From Candidatus Angelobacter sp. (GTDB lineage: Bacteria > Acidobacteriota > Terriglobia > Terriglobales > Acidobacteriaceae): a stretch of DNA of 64,000 nucleotides. The stretch is from the NCBI GenBank assembly GCA_035263765.1, contig DATFQZ010000218.1, positions 56-64,055 on the forward strand. Reading direction: 5' to 3'. Each line of letters begins with the position of its first letter. Within the stretch, counting starts at the first letter, position 1. Below, in pieces: positions 16,499 to 25,047 of this stretch. Both the position numbers and the translations under genes were made by a program. Below the pieces are notes generated by a model. That model did no database searches. It saw only the letters and a list, made by a program, of their open reading frames with translations, and was not told the DNA's origin.

Positions 16499-19465
16499 TT
16501 ACCTGCGGCACGCATCTGGTTGCGTGCTCATGTCATTCACGATCGTCACGGAAGCATTGGCCACAAATCTCTGGCTGTTCTTCAGCCAACCGCTGAGATG
16601 GACTTCCTTCTGTTGCGAGCTGAGATGAAGCTGCGCGGTGTCAAACGTCAAGACAAGATCAGGACGGCCGTCGCCAGTGGCGTCGACGATCGTCGCGCTC
16701 AGCGGGTTCAATCCGTGCAGAGTGAGGCTGGAGAGGTCTACTTCGCGTACGTCGAGCGAGCCCGTTCCCGGAATCGTGATGGTCAGTGTCCCCGGTTGAC
16801 CCGGCGCGACGGGCGCAGACGGCAAGTCGCATCCGGGACGAGCCACGATCTCTGCGGGCCGTGGCGGATACAGCAGATGCTTTTGCCGGATCGTATCCAA
16901 ATCCATCTCTACGGCAACTGGCCGCGGGGCCGCGCTGTTGGCCTCGTTCTCGGTCTCAGTGGCGTCTAAATTGCCGTTCAAGGCCTCCCAATCGTTGAAA
17001 CCGGGCAGTGTGGTGAAGAAGTTTGATGGGCAGGCCCCATCCGTGCTCACATGGGCTGCCGCGTGCTCGTTCGTTGGGCTACCGTCGCCGTCCCAGTCAA
17101 CGGGACCAGTACTGGGGGCCACCTGGGAGTTGCATCGCCCGTCTGTGAAATAGAACAGGTCCGGCGTCCCCGAGCCAAGCCCGGCTACTTCGTTCAAGTC
17201 GGCTTCGTTCAAAGCTCCGGGAGTATTGCCGCCCGTGGGGAGCAGTTGTCTCGAATAATCAAGGCGGAAACACGCGTTGGAAGGCGAGCCCGGGAGTCCC
17301 ATGTCGACACATAGCCCGCCGTCGCCGCCACAATCACTGTCGCGGCTGCAGCTTCGCAAGTGCGAGGAACTCACAGCATCAGCTTGCAGGATCCCGCCGA
17401 AAATGTAGATATAGTTCATCACGCTGAGGTAGTTGGGCTTGAAATTCGTGTCGTCTCCGAAGACTCCAAAACCTCCTCCGTGATGCAGTCCCAGGTTGTG
17501 ACCAAGCTCATGCATGACGTCAGAGGCCACGATGAATTTCTGGAAGGAAGCGGGTGCGCCCGCGAACGTAAGCTGTGCCATGGCAACCACAAAGTTCTGT
17601 CCAGGAAGTTCGGCAAAGCCGGAAAAAGCGCCGGGGCTGCATGACTCGCCGCCTTCGGAAGTAGCAATGTAGTGGCTGAAGATTACGTAGTGAGTTTTCT
17701 GCCGCTTGGCGTGGTAGTAGGCGGCCTTCAGGTCATAGAAATTAACGAAACCCGGCGCGCCGCCGCAGTTTCCTGTTCCCAACACGACGGTCGGGAAATC
17801 ACCAGGAGGCAGCGCGGATTCCGGAATCGCCGTGTGGTGGGGATCGATGATTAAAGTGATTCCATGCCTGGCAAAGGCTTTCACAACTTCGTGAATGGCT
17901 CCCGGAGCCACTACCTCGGGATCGTGGGTGTGGTTGTCTGCAACCAGGTAGTCGTAATGCAATAGAACAACGTTATGAAGGATCCCCAAGCCGGTCCCGC
18001 TCAGCGCAAAGGCTTGTGGTCCAATCGGGTCTTTGGGGTCGATGACCAGCGATCCCACCTCCGGCCCGTCAAATTTTGGATCGAAAGTGGCGGAGATGGT
18101 GCACGACTCGCCGGCATTGAGACGGCGCAGGCAATCGTCCTTTTCGTGGAAGCCGCTTCCAGTTGCCGAGATGCTGTTGAGCGTCATCGGCTGGGTGGAA
18201 ACGTTGGTCAGCATGACCTGGAATGGATCTGAGGGAGTGCCGAGGTCCTGCGTACCAAAATCAAACGTGGGGCTCTGGTTCGGAGACGGGGTCAATTTCA
18301 CCGCCGACCCCGTGCCTTGCAGGGTAGCCACAAGCGGGCTACCTGGAGCTTGCGCCGGCACAGTCAGCGTACCCGAAACGGCCCCGACTACCGTTGGCGT
18401 GAAGCTGACGGAGATGTTGCACATACTCTGTGGCTGGGCCACGCTCGCGCAATCGTTCGTCTGGGAAAAGTTGGAGCTGGTCTGGATCTCACCAATCGGG
18501 ATTGGCGTGCTTGCCACGTTGATCAAGGTGATTCGGACGGAGGAAGACGTTCCGTCCGCCTGAGGTTGGGGAAAGGTGAAGTTCGATGGCTGGAGCGCAA
18601 TGGTTGAACCAACGCCGCTCAACTGCAGGACCTGCTGCGCCGATTGGCCCACCCAATCCGTCTCGCTGAAGGTGATCGTGCCGCTCGCAGGCCCCAGGCT
18701 GGCGGGCACGAAGGCCACAGTTGCCGCGCACGTGAGGCCGGGTGTAACCAACACTTCCGTGGTGACACCGGGCCGCGGAAAGCCCGTGCACGAGTCATTG
18801 ATTGCGACAAAATCCCCAGTCAGGACCGGCGTATGGTAAAAGAAAGCGCTCTTGCCTGTGTTGGCAACCGAGAGGGTGAGGCTCGAGCTGTTATGGTTCA
18901 GGGCGACAACCCCGAAGGACAGTTGCTGCGGGCTGACTGTAATGGAGAGCGGTGCGGGCGTGGTGATGATCGTCGTGGTGGAGTTATTCGCCGGATTGGG
19001 ATCGGTGCTGGGCCCGCTGACGGAGAAGGTTGCGCTGTAGACCGCCCCGCCGTTGGGCACCGATGGTGTCAGCGTGGCGTCAAGGTCCAGAAAGTATTGC
19101 TGGGCGGAAGTCGCGAGACCGAGACTCTGGGGGACGGTCCCGGTGACTGACTGTCCAACGATGACGCAAGTTCCTGGAATGTTCTCGAACGGTCCACCCC
19201 ATCCCGCGACACAATGGGTCGGCGTGACCCCTGCGGGCAGCGTGCCGGTTATAACCGCTGGTCCCTGTGAGCCATTCGGCCCCAAGTTGGAGACAAAGAC
19301 ATGGTACGTAAAGCTGGCGCCGGGCAGGTCCGGGGTGGTGGCTAACGCACTGATGGCGAGATCCGCCACGTTGCTCTGCGCCGTGGCCTGCGCCCATGCG
19401 AACGCTATCGCGAAGAGCAGGGCAGCGAACGAAGCTAACGATCTTCTGTATGTCATAAGTGGCAT
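16499..19465 (-). CDS. secreted modular metzincin-type zinc metalloprotease, paralog C (same architecture as B)
   Basis: Signal peptide 'SLASFAALLFAIAFAWAQATA', DUF11-like N-terminus, three ASH-like units. 'MHELGHNLGLHHGGG' (17480-17512), 'KPNYLSVMNY', 'VDATGDGRPDLVLTF...ACRR'. Confidence 0.85.
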   Translation of the reverse strand: MPLMTYRRSLASFAALLFAIAFAWAQATAQSNVADLAISALATTPDLPGASFTYHVFVSNLGPNGSQGPAVITGTLPAGVTPTHCVAGWGGPFENIPGTCVIVGQSVTGTVPQSLGLATSAQQYFLDLDATLTPSVPNGGAVYSATFSVSGPSTDPNPANNSTTTIITTPAPLSITVSPQQLSFGVVALNHNSSSLTLSVANTGKSAFFYHTPVLTGDFVAINDSCTGFPRPGVTTEVLVTPGLTCAATVAFVPASLGPASGTITFSETDWVGQSAQQVLQLSGVGSTIALQPSNFTFPQPQADGTSSSVRITLINVASTPIPIGEIQTSSNFSQTNDCASVAQPQSMCNISVSFTPTVVGAVSGTLTVPAQAPGSPLVATLQGTGSAVKLTPSPNQSPTFDFGTQDLGTPSDPFQVMLTNVSTQPMTLNSISATGSGFHEKDDCLRRLNAGESCTISATFDPKFDGPEVGSLVIDPKDPIGPQAFALSGTGLGILHNVVLLHYDYLVADNHTHDPEVVAPGAIHEVVKAFARHGITLIIDPHHTAIPESALPPGDFPTVVLGTGNCGGAPGFVNFYDLKAAYYHAKRQKTHYVIFSHYIATSEGGESCSPGAFSGFAELPGQNFVVAMAQLTFAGAPASFQKFIVASDVMHELGHNLGLHHGGGFGVFGDDTNFKPNYLSVMNYIYIFGGILQADAVSSSHLRSCSRDSDCGGDGGLCVDMGLPGSPSNACFRLDYSRQLLPTGGNTPGALNEADLNEVAGLGSGTPDLFYFTDGRCNSQVAPSTGPVDWDGDGSPTNEHAAAHVSTDGACPSNFFTTLPGFNDWEALNGNLDATETENEANSAAPRPVAVEMDLDTIRQKHLLYPPRPAEIVARPGCDLPSAPVAPGQPGTLTITIPGTGSLDVREVDLSSLTLHGLNPLSATIVDATGDGRPDLVLTFDTAQLHLSSQQKEVHLSGWLKNSQRFVANASVTIVNDMSTQPDACRR

Positions 19466-19477
19466 CGTGAGACCTCG

Positions 19478-21496
19478 CTATTGGCAGACTGTTGCTGCGT
19501 GGCCCCAGAAGGCCTGGCTGTTCTTCAGGGAGCCGGTCAAAGTCATACGTTTAGCGTTGGGGTGGAGCTTCTGCTTCACCGCTGATGCGGGGAAAATGAG
19601 CACAAGATCGGGCCGGCCATCACCGTTCACATCCGCCACGCTCACTTTCTCCGGCGATGCTCCGTGGAGCTTGAGGCTGTCGACGTTGATCTGCGACACA
19701 TCCAGATCGTCGGTTCCGAGCAGATGCAGGGTGATGAACGATGGCGCGGATCCAGTTAAAGACGAAGACGAACAGGCAGACGGAGACACGACCGTGACCG
19801 ACCGCGGCGGCAGGAGAATGTGCCTGGCCTCGGCTTCTTCAACCGTCAGCTCGTGCTGTCGTTCATGATTGGCTTGGGACTTCCAGGAGTGCTCTCCGTG
19901 ATGCCGCTCCTGGAGGGCGATCAGATCTGACCAGTCATTGTGACCCTGAACCGGAATGTAGATCCCCGTGGGGCAGTCGGCTGCGACCCCAAGCCCCGCC
20001 CACCAGAGGAAGATCAAATCGACGCTCAAGGCTGTTCCGTTCGTATCACCGTTTCCGTCCCAATCCACAGGTCCGTCGCTCGGCGCATAACGTGTCGCAC
20101 AAGTTCCGTCGGTGTACCGGAACAAGTCGGGCCGTCCTGAGCCCAAGCCGGCGGGCTCGCTCAGTTGCCCGTTTTCGTCGAGGACGCCGGGCGTTGGCCC
20201 ACCCGCGGGCAGGAGCTGGTCTGAGTAGTCGTACCGCGTGCAGAATTTGGAAGTGTCTCGTGTGCACAAACCCGGTGGGCAACTTCCATCACTGTAGGCA
20301 GGAGCGCACAGAGCTGCCGGGCCGCAGTCCTTGTCAAGCGAACAGCTTTTCTTTTGGTCCGATCCCAGAGCATCCGTCTGGATGATGCCCGTCTGGTGGT
20401 TGTAGTTCATGACGCTAATAAAGTTGGGTTTGAAATTCATTACGTCAGCCTGGTCAAATAAGCCACCGCCATGATTCAATCCCAGGTTGTGTCCGAGCTC
20501 ATGCATGAACGTGCCGGCTTCCCAGCGGACTAAACTGTCCGCCGAGACTCCCCTGTCCCGCATGAGCCCCACGGCCACAAGGAAGTTCTGGCTGCCACCC
20601 GACGGCGGCAGCTCAGCCACTCCGGTTAGGACCGCGCAAGCGCTTCCCGATTCATCGAATGTGTTTTGGGCGGTGTGGCCGAAGATGGCGTAGTGTTCAA
20701 ACTTGTGGCTGGGCTGATAGTACTGTTTGCGCAGATCGTAAAAGTTGACGGGAGCGCTTCCGTTCTGGCAGTCGAAGGGCGGCCCAAACTGGATGAAAGG
20801 GGACTGTTCAGGGATGGCGGTGTGATGGGGATCAATGTGCAGCTCAGATCCGTGCTGCCGGAAAGCTTCGACAATCGTCTCGATGGCGCGCGGGTCGGGC
20901 GCGTGGCTATGGCCGCGGCACACGTTATCAATACACCTCTGGAACTGCGCGCAGTCTGCGCTGAAGGTGTCTCCCGGATATAAATTTTCAGGCGTGCACG
21001 CAGTGCCCTGATCGGGCATGACCATGTAGTCGTAGTGCACATAAATATGTTTCATGGGAGCTATGCCGTACCCGGAGACCGCGACCGACTGCGGGCTGGA
21101 AGAATCTTTTTCGTTCACCACCAAGGTCCCCTCTCTCGGACCCAAGTCGGTCGGGGAGAACGTGACGGTGATGTTGCAAGACGAATTGGGTGCGAGCCAT
21201 CGGCCGCAGTCATTCTTCTGGCTGAAGTCGCCCGAGACACTGATCTCCCCGACTGCCAAGGGCGTGACATCGACGTTCGTCAGGGTGACGATCTGGGAGC
21301 TCGGGACGCCGACCATCTGGATGGGAAATTCAAGAGATGGTGTTGAGACCACCGCAGCCGCACCACTTCCGCTCAGAGGCGTCACTTGGGCGCTTCCTTC
21401 AACTTGTGCGGATAGATAGCAAGACGCTAACAACATCCAGAAGCCGAGGAATGGGTTCCCTAGAATTGCCGTTTTGATTCGTCGCTGTGTTCGCAT
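19478..21496 (-). CDS. secreted modular metzincin-type zinc metalloprotease, paralog D (one ASH-like unit + catalytic core + C-terminal domain)
   Basis: Signal peptide, single unit 'VTLTNVDVTPLAVGEISVSGDFSQKNDCGRWLAPNSSCNITVTF'. 'MHELGHNLGLNHGGG' (20471-20503), 'KPNFISVMNY', 'VADVNGDGRPDLVLIF...TVCQ'. SD GAGAGGGA upstream of ATG 21496. Confidence 0.85.
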   Translation of the reverse strand: MRTQRRIKTAILGNPFLGFWMLLASCYLSAQVEGSAQVTPLSGSGAAAVVSTPSLEFPIQMVGVPSSQIVTLTNVDVTPLAVGEISVSGDFSQKNDCGRWLAPNSSCNITVTFSPTDLGPREGTLVVNEKDSSSPQSVAVSGYGIAPMKHIYVHYDYMVMPDQGTACTPENLYPGDTFSADCAQFQRCIDNVCRGHSHAPDPRAIETIVEAFRQHGSELHIDPHHTAIPEQSPFIQFGPPFDCQNGSAPVNFYDLRKQYYQPSHKFEHYAIFGHTAQNTFDESGSACAVLTGVAELPPSGGSQNFLVAVGLMRDRGVSADSLVRWEAGTFMHELGHNLGLNHGGGLFDQADVMNFKPNFISVMNYNHQTGIIQTDALGSDQKKSCSLDKDCGPAALCAPAYSDGSCPPGLCTRDTSKFCTRYDYSDQLLPAGGPTPGVLDENGQLSEPAGLGSGRPDLFRYTDGTCATRYAPSDGPVDWDGNGDTNGTALSVDLIFLWWAGLGVAADCPTGIYIPVQGHNDWSDLIALQERHHGEHSWKSQANHERQHELTVEEAEARHILLPPRSVTVVSPSACSSSSLTGSAPSFITLHLLGTDDLDVSQINVDSLKLHGASPEKVSVADVNGDGRPDLVLIFPASAVKQKLHPNAKRMTLTGSLKNSQAFWGHAATVCQ

Positions 21497-21513
21497 AGGT
21501 ATTTTCCCTCTCG

Positions 21514-24500
21514 CTATTGGCAGCTCATTGCTGGGTGGCCCCAGAAGGCTTGGCTGTTCTTCATGAAGCCGGTCAAAATCATGCGTTTGGCGTTCGGGTG
21601 GAGCTTCTGCTTCACGACGGATGCCAGGAAGGTGAGGACCAGATCGAGCCGGCCATCACCGTTCACATCGGCCATGCTCACTTTCTCCGGCGATACTCCG
21701 TGGAGCTTCAGGCTGTCGACGTTGATCTGGGACACATCCAGTTCGTCGGTCCCAAGTAACTGCAGGGTGATAGAAGATGCCGTGGTTCCATTTGAAGGAG
21801 AAGATGAGCAAGGCAACTGGGCCTGAACACTGACCGGTCGCGGAGGCAGAACGATGTGCCTGGCCTCGGCTTCTTCGAACGTCAGCTCATGCGGGTGCTG
21901 AGAATCCGGGGTTGAATTCCACGAATGACGATGGTGGCCACTTTCTTGGATCGCGGCTAGAGCAGCCCAGTCATTGTGGCCCCGCACCGGAATGTAGATT
22001 CCCGAAGGGCAAGTGGGAAGGAAAGAAATGGAACTCCACCAGAAGTAGAGCACATCGACAGTCAAGCCTGTTCCGGTCGTGTTGCCGTCTCCGTCCCAGT
22101 CCACTGGTCCATCGCTGGGCGCAATTTGCTGAAAACAATTTCCGTCGCTGTAAATGAACAAGTCAGGCCGGCCGGAGCCCAATCCGGCGGGCTCGCTCAG
22201 CTGCCCGCGCTCGTCGAGCACTCCGGGCGTCGGCCCTCCGGTCGGCAGCAGTTGGTCCGAGTAGTCATAGCGCGTGCAGATTTTGTGTGTGGACCCTTGT
22301 GTGCATAGCGCCGCTGGGCCGCAGTCTTGGTCGCGAGAACAGCTCTTGAATTGCTCCGATCCCACCGCATCCGCCTGCAGGATGCCGGGCTGATCGTAGT
22401 AGTTCATGACGCTGATATAGTTCGGTTTGTAATTGGTGCGGTCACCGGTGTCGAAGAGACCGCCACCGTGATTCAACCCCAGGTTGTGTCCCAGTTCGTG
22501 CATGAACGTACCGGCCTGCCAGCGCAAGACCGTATCCGAAATAAAGCTCAGGTTCACAAGAGAACCGCCCAGAGCCACGACGAAGTTCTGGCCGATTTCA
22601 AAAGGTGGTAGTTCCGCGACGCCTGTTATGAAAGGGCAGACATACTCCTCGGTGTCCTGGGCGAAATGGCCAAAGATGGCGTAGTGCTCAAACTTGTGGG
22701 CGGGCTGGTAGTACTGGTCGCGCAGATCGTAAAAATTGACAGGGTCGATGGCATTGGGGCACTCAACACCGCGCGGCCCGAACTCGATGGTGGTTTGCTC
22801 GGGGATGGCGGTGTGGTGAGGATCGATATGCAACTCAGATCCGTGCAGCCGGAAAGCCTCAACAATGGCGTCAATGGCGCGCCGGTCAGGCTCGTGGCTG
22901 TGGCCGCGGCACACGTTGTTAATGCAGCTTTGGGATTGACTACAATCCGGGCTGAAGAAGTCCCCCGGGAATGCATTGCGAGGTGTGCACGCGGTGCCCT
23001 GGTCAGGCAGGACCATGTAGTCGTAATGCACGTAAATATGCTTGATCGGGGCCACGCCGAAGCCGGAGAGCGTTACCGACTGCGGACTGGATGGGTCCTT
23101 TTCATTGAGGACGAGGGTCCCTCCCCTTGGTCCCAGGTCTGTAGGAGAAAATGTAACGGTGATGGTGCAAGAGGAGTTGGGCGCAAGCGACCGGCCGCAG
23201 TCATTGGTTTGGCTGAAGTCGTCTGATGCGTTGATCCCGCTAAGCGCTAGCGGCGCGCTATAGACGTTGGTCAGCGTTACCTTCTGGGAGCTTGCGACAC
23301 CCACGGTTTGGATGGGATAGCTGAGAGACGTGGCTGAGACGACCACGGCCGACGCTGTCCCGCTCAGCGCGATCACCTGCGGGCTGGTGACGTTGTCGTC
23401 GTCGACGATGGTCAGCGCGCCGGTATGCGGGCCGGGAGTCGTTGGGGTGAGGCTTACGGAGACGTAGCACCCACCTCCTGGCGGAATGACGTCGCCGAAA
23501 TCAGCGCAGCCGTCGGTAGCCAAGGAGAAGTCTCCGGTGACCGTGGCTCCCTTAAGTCTCACCGGCCTGTTTCCGTTGTTCGACAGTCCGACAAATCCAG
23601 TGGCTGTGGTGTTCACAACCTGGAGTGGAAGAGACAGTGACGACGGTCCCACCCAGAGGGGATGGCCCGTGGCGCTGAGAGAAACCTGGTGTGGCGAACC
23701 CGGCGCAGAATCGTCGATTCGTAGCGTTGCCGACCGCAGTCCTTCGTCCTGGGGATTGACAGTGACCGAGATGGTGCACGAACTGCCCACAGCCAGCGCA
23801 AGGCCGTTTTTCGGACAATCGTCAATCTCTGTGAACTCATATTGCGTTCCCTGGATCGAGATGCCGCTCCCCAACAAACCGATGAAAAGAGGGCCGGGCC
23901 CAACACTGGTGATGGTGATCTGCTTCGAGGAGGAAGGGTAGCGCTCAATCAGCAAGCCGAAATCGAGGGCGGTGGCGGAAAGGCTGATCCCTGACGGCGG
24001 AATGATCGGAATCGATCCGCTGACCGTGTTATTGCTCGCCACTGGGTCGCCGGTTGCCGATGTAACTGAGACCGTGTAAGCCATCGGCGTCAGCCCCGTG
24101 CCACCGGTTGCGGCCGGTTGTGTCGGAACGCTGATGGGCACCTTGACCACCGCGTTCATCGTGACGCCGCCGAACGCGGGCAGCGATCCCAGAGTGATGG
24201 AAGGCGATGTGCCGCCATTATCACAAGGCACATGCGTTGGCTCGTTGTAACAGGAGACCAGCGTGTATCCGCTGGGGATCGCCAGGGAGAGAACGGCGTT
24301 GGTTGCCGGGTCTGGCCCCTGGTTGATCATCTGTGCCTGGACCAGCACCGTGCCACCTTCTTGCACGGGATTGGGGATAGCATTTTCGAAGAAGGCCTGC
24401 AGGTCGGCGCTGGGGAATGGATTCTTGATTCCGTTTCCGCCGAGCATGACGCTAGGTTGGTTTACGAGGTTGAAGGCCTGGTCGGTCACAGAGATGCTGA

Positions 24501-24852
24501 GCGTAGAGCTCTGCGGGCCGGTAACAGAGGGTGCGAACACCACCTGGATGGTGCACGCCGAGCCTGCAGCTAAGGCTGGGCCTCCGCCGGCGGGGGTTGC
24601 GACTGGGCAATCCGATTGAGCCACAGCAAAGCCGGGGCCAATGAAGTTGGAGAACAACAAGACAGCTGATGACCCGGTGTTGGTCAGCAAAACGGACTGC
24701 GGGGCGGAAGTCGTTCCCTGAATCGTGTCGGGAAAAGCCAGCTGAGTGACAGAAAGGGTCACCTGCGCGAATACACAGCCCGCTGACAATACCATCCACA
24801 AGGCTAGAAACAGGGTTCGCCTCACCCTCAAACCTCGACGATTCCGGGCCAT
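21514..24852 (-). CDS. secreted modular metzincin-type zinc metalloprotease, paralog E (4 ASH-like units + DUF11-like unit + catalytic core + C-terminal domain)
   Basis: Start set at ATG 24852 (MARNRRGLRVRRTLFLALWMVLSAGCVFA), preceded on the minus strand by GGGAGGGGAGGAGAG. 'MHELGHNLGLNHGGG' (22468-22500), 'KPNYISVMNY', 'MADVNGDGRLDLVLTF...MSCQ'. Confidence 0.85.
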   Translation of the reverse strand: MARNRRGLRVRRTLFLALWMVLSAGCVFAQVTLSVTQLAFPDTIQGTTSAPQSVLLTNTGSSAVLLFSNFIGPGFAVAQSDCPVATPAGGGPALAAGSACTIQVVFAPSVTGPQSSTLSISVTDQAFNLVNQPSVMLGGNGIKNPFPSADLQAFFENAIPNPVQEGGTVLVQAQMINQGPDPATNAVLSLAIPSGYTLVSCYNEPTHVPCDNGGTSPSITLGSLPAFGGVTMNAVVKVPISVPTQPAATGGTGLTPMAYTVSVTSATGDPVASNNTVSGSIPIIPPSGISLSATALDFGLLIERYPSSSKQITITSVGPGPLFIGLLGSGISIQGTQYEFTEIDDCPKNGLALAVGSSCTISVTVNPQDEGLRSATLRIDDSAPGSPHQVSLSATGHPLWVGPSSLSLPLQVVNTTATGFVGLSNNGNRPVRLKGATVTGDFSLATDGCADFGDVIPPGGGCYVSVSLTPTTPGPHTGALTIVDDDNVTSPQVIALSGTASAVVVSATSLSYPIQTVGVASSQKVTLTNVYSAPLALSGINASDDFSQTNDCGRSLAPNSSCTITVTFSPTDLGPRGGTLVLNEKDPSSPQSVTLSGFGVAPIKHIYVHYDYMVLPDQGTACTPRNAFPGDFFSPDCSQSQSCINNVCRGHSHEPDRRAIDAIVEAFRLHGSELHIDPHHTAIPEQTTIEFGPRGVECPNAIDPVNFYDLRDQYYQPAHKFEHYAIFGHFAQDTEEYVCPFITGVAELPPFEIGQNFVVALGGSLVNLSFISDTVLRWQAGTFMHELGHNLGLNHGGGLFDTGDRTNYKPNYISVMNYYDQPGILQADAVGSEQFKSCSRDQDCGPAALCTQGSTHKICTRYDYSDQLLPTGGPTPGVLDERGQLSEPAGLGSGRPDLFIYSDGNCFQQIAPSDGPVDWDGDGNTTGTGLTVDVLYFWWSSISFLPTCPSGIYIPVRGHNDWAALAAIQESGHHRHSWNSTPDSQHPHELTFEEAEARHIVLPPRPVSVQAQLPCSSSPSNGTTASSITLQLLGTDELDVSQINVDSLKLHGVSPEKVSMADVNGDGRLDLVLTFLASVVKQKLHPNAKRMILTGFMKNSQAFWGHPAMSCQ

Positions 24853-24957
24853 CGTTAACTCTCCTCCCCTCCCTGTGAACGGGCCGGGCAAACCGGCGCG
24901 TGTGAGAGCGCGAGTGTTTCCTGCAGGCCCTTCTGTGGGCAATGGAGGTCACATGAT

Positions 24958-24978
24958 TTTTGTGTGACTTTTGTGTGA
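24958..24978. promoter_or_regulatory. tandem direct repeat TTTTGTGTGA(C/T) x2 with 11-bp phasing; candidate winged-helix regulator binding site
   Basis: 'ttttgtgtgaC ttttgtgtgaT' at 24958-24967 and 24969-24978. It lies in the 195-bp divergent region between metzincin gene E (start 24852) and the regulator gene (start 25048). Confidence 0.4.
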
Positions 24979-25047
24979 TCTGTCCTAAGTTGCTGAACTA
25001 GTGAGAGATAAACTCGTGCCTTAAATCCGCGCTATACTTGCTCCCCC

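Noticed and set aside
24853-24942. N-terminal extensions of metzincin E (to 24942) and B (16480..16515)
   Set aside because: The internal ATGs are followed directly by typical signal peptides. For E, the internal ATG is also preceded by a strong GGAGG-type SD. The extension of B would overlap the stop of the upstream gene.
10983-24942. The metzincin array as a mobile or genomic island
   Set aside because: There are no integrase, transposase, tRNA or flanking direct repeats. GC content looks similar to the neighbouring housekeeping genes. Tandem duplication in situ explains the structure better.
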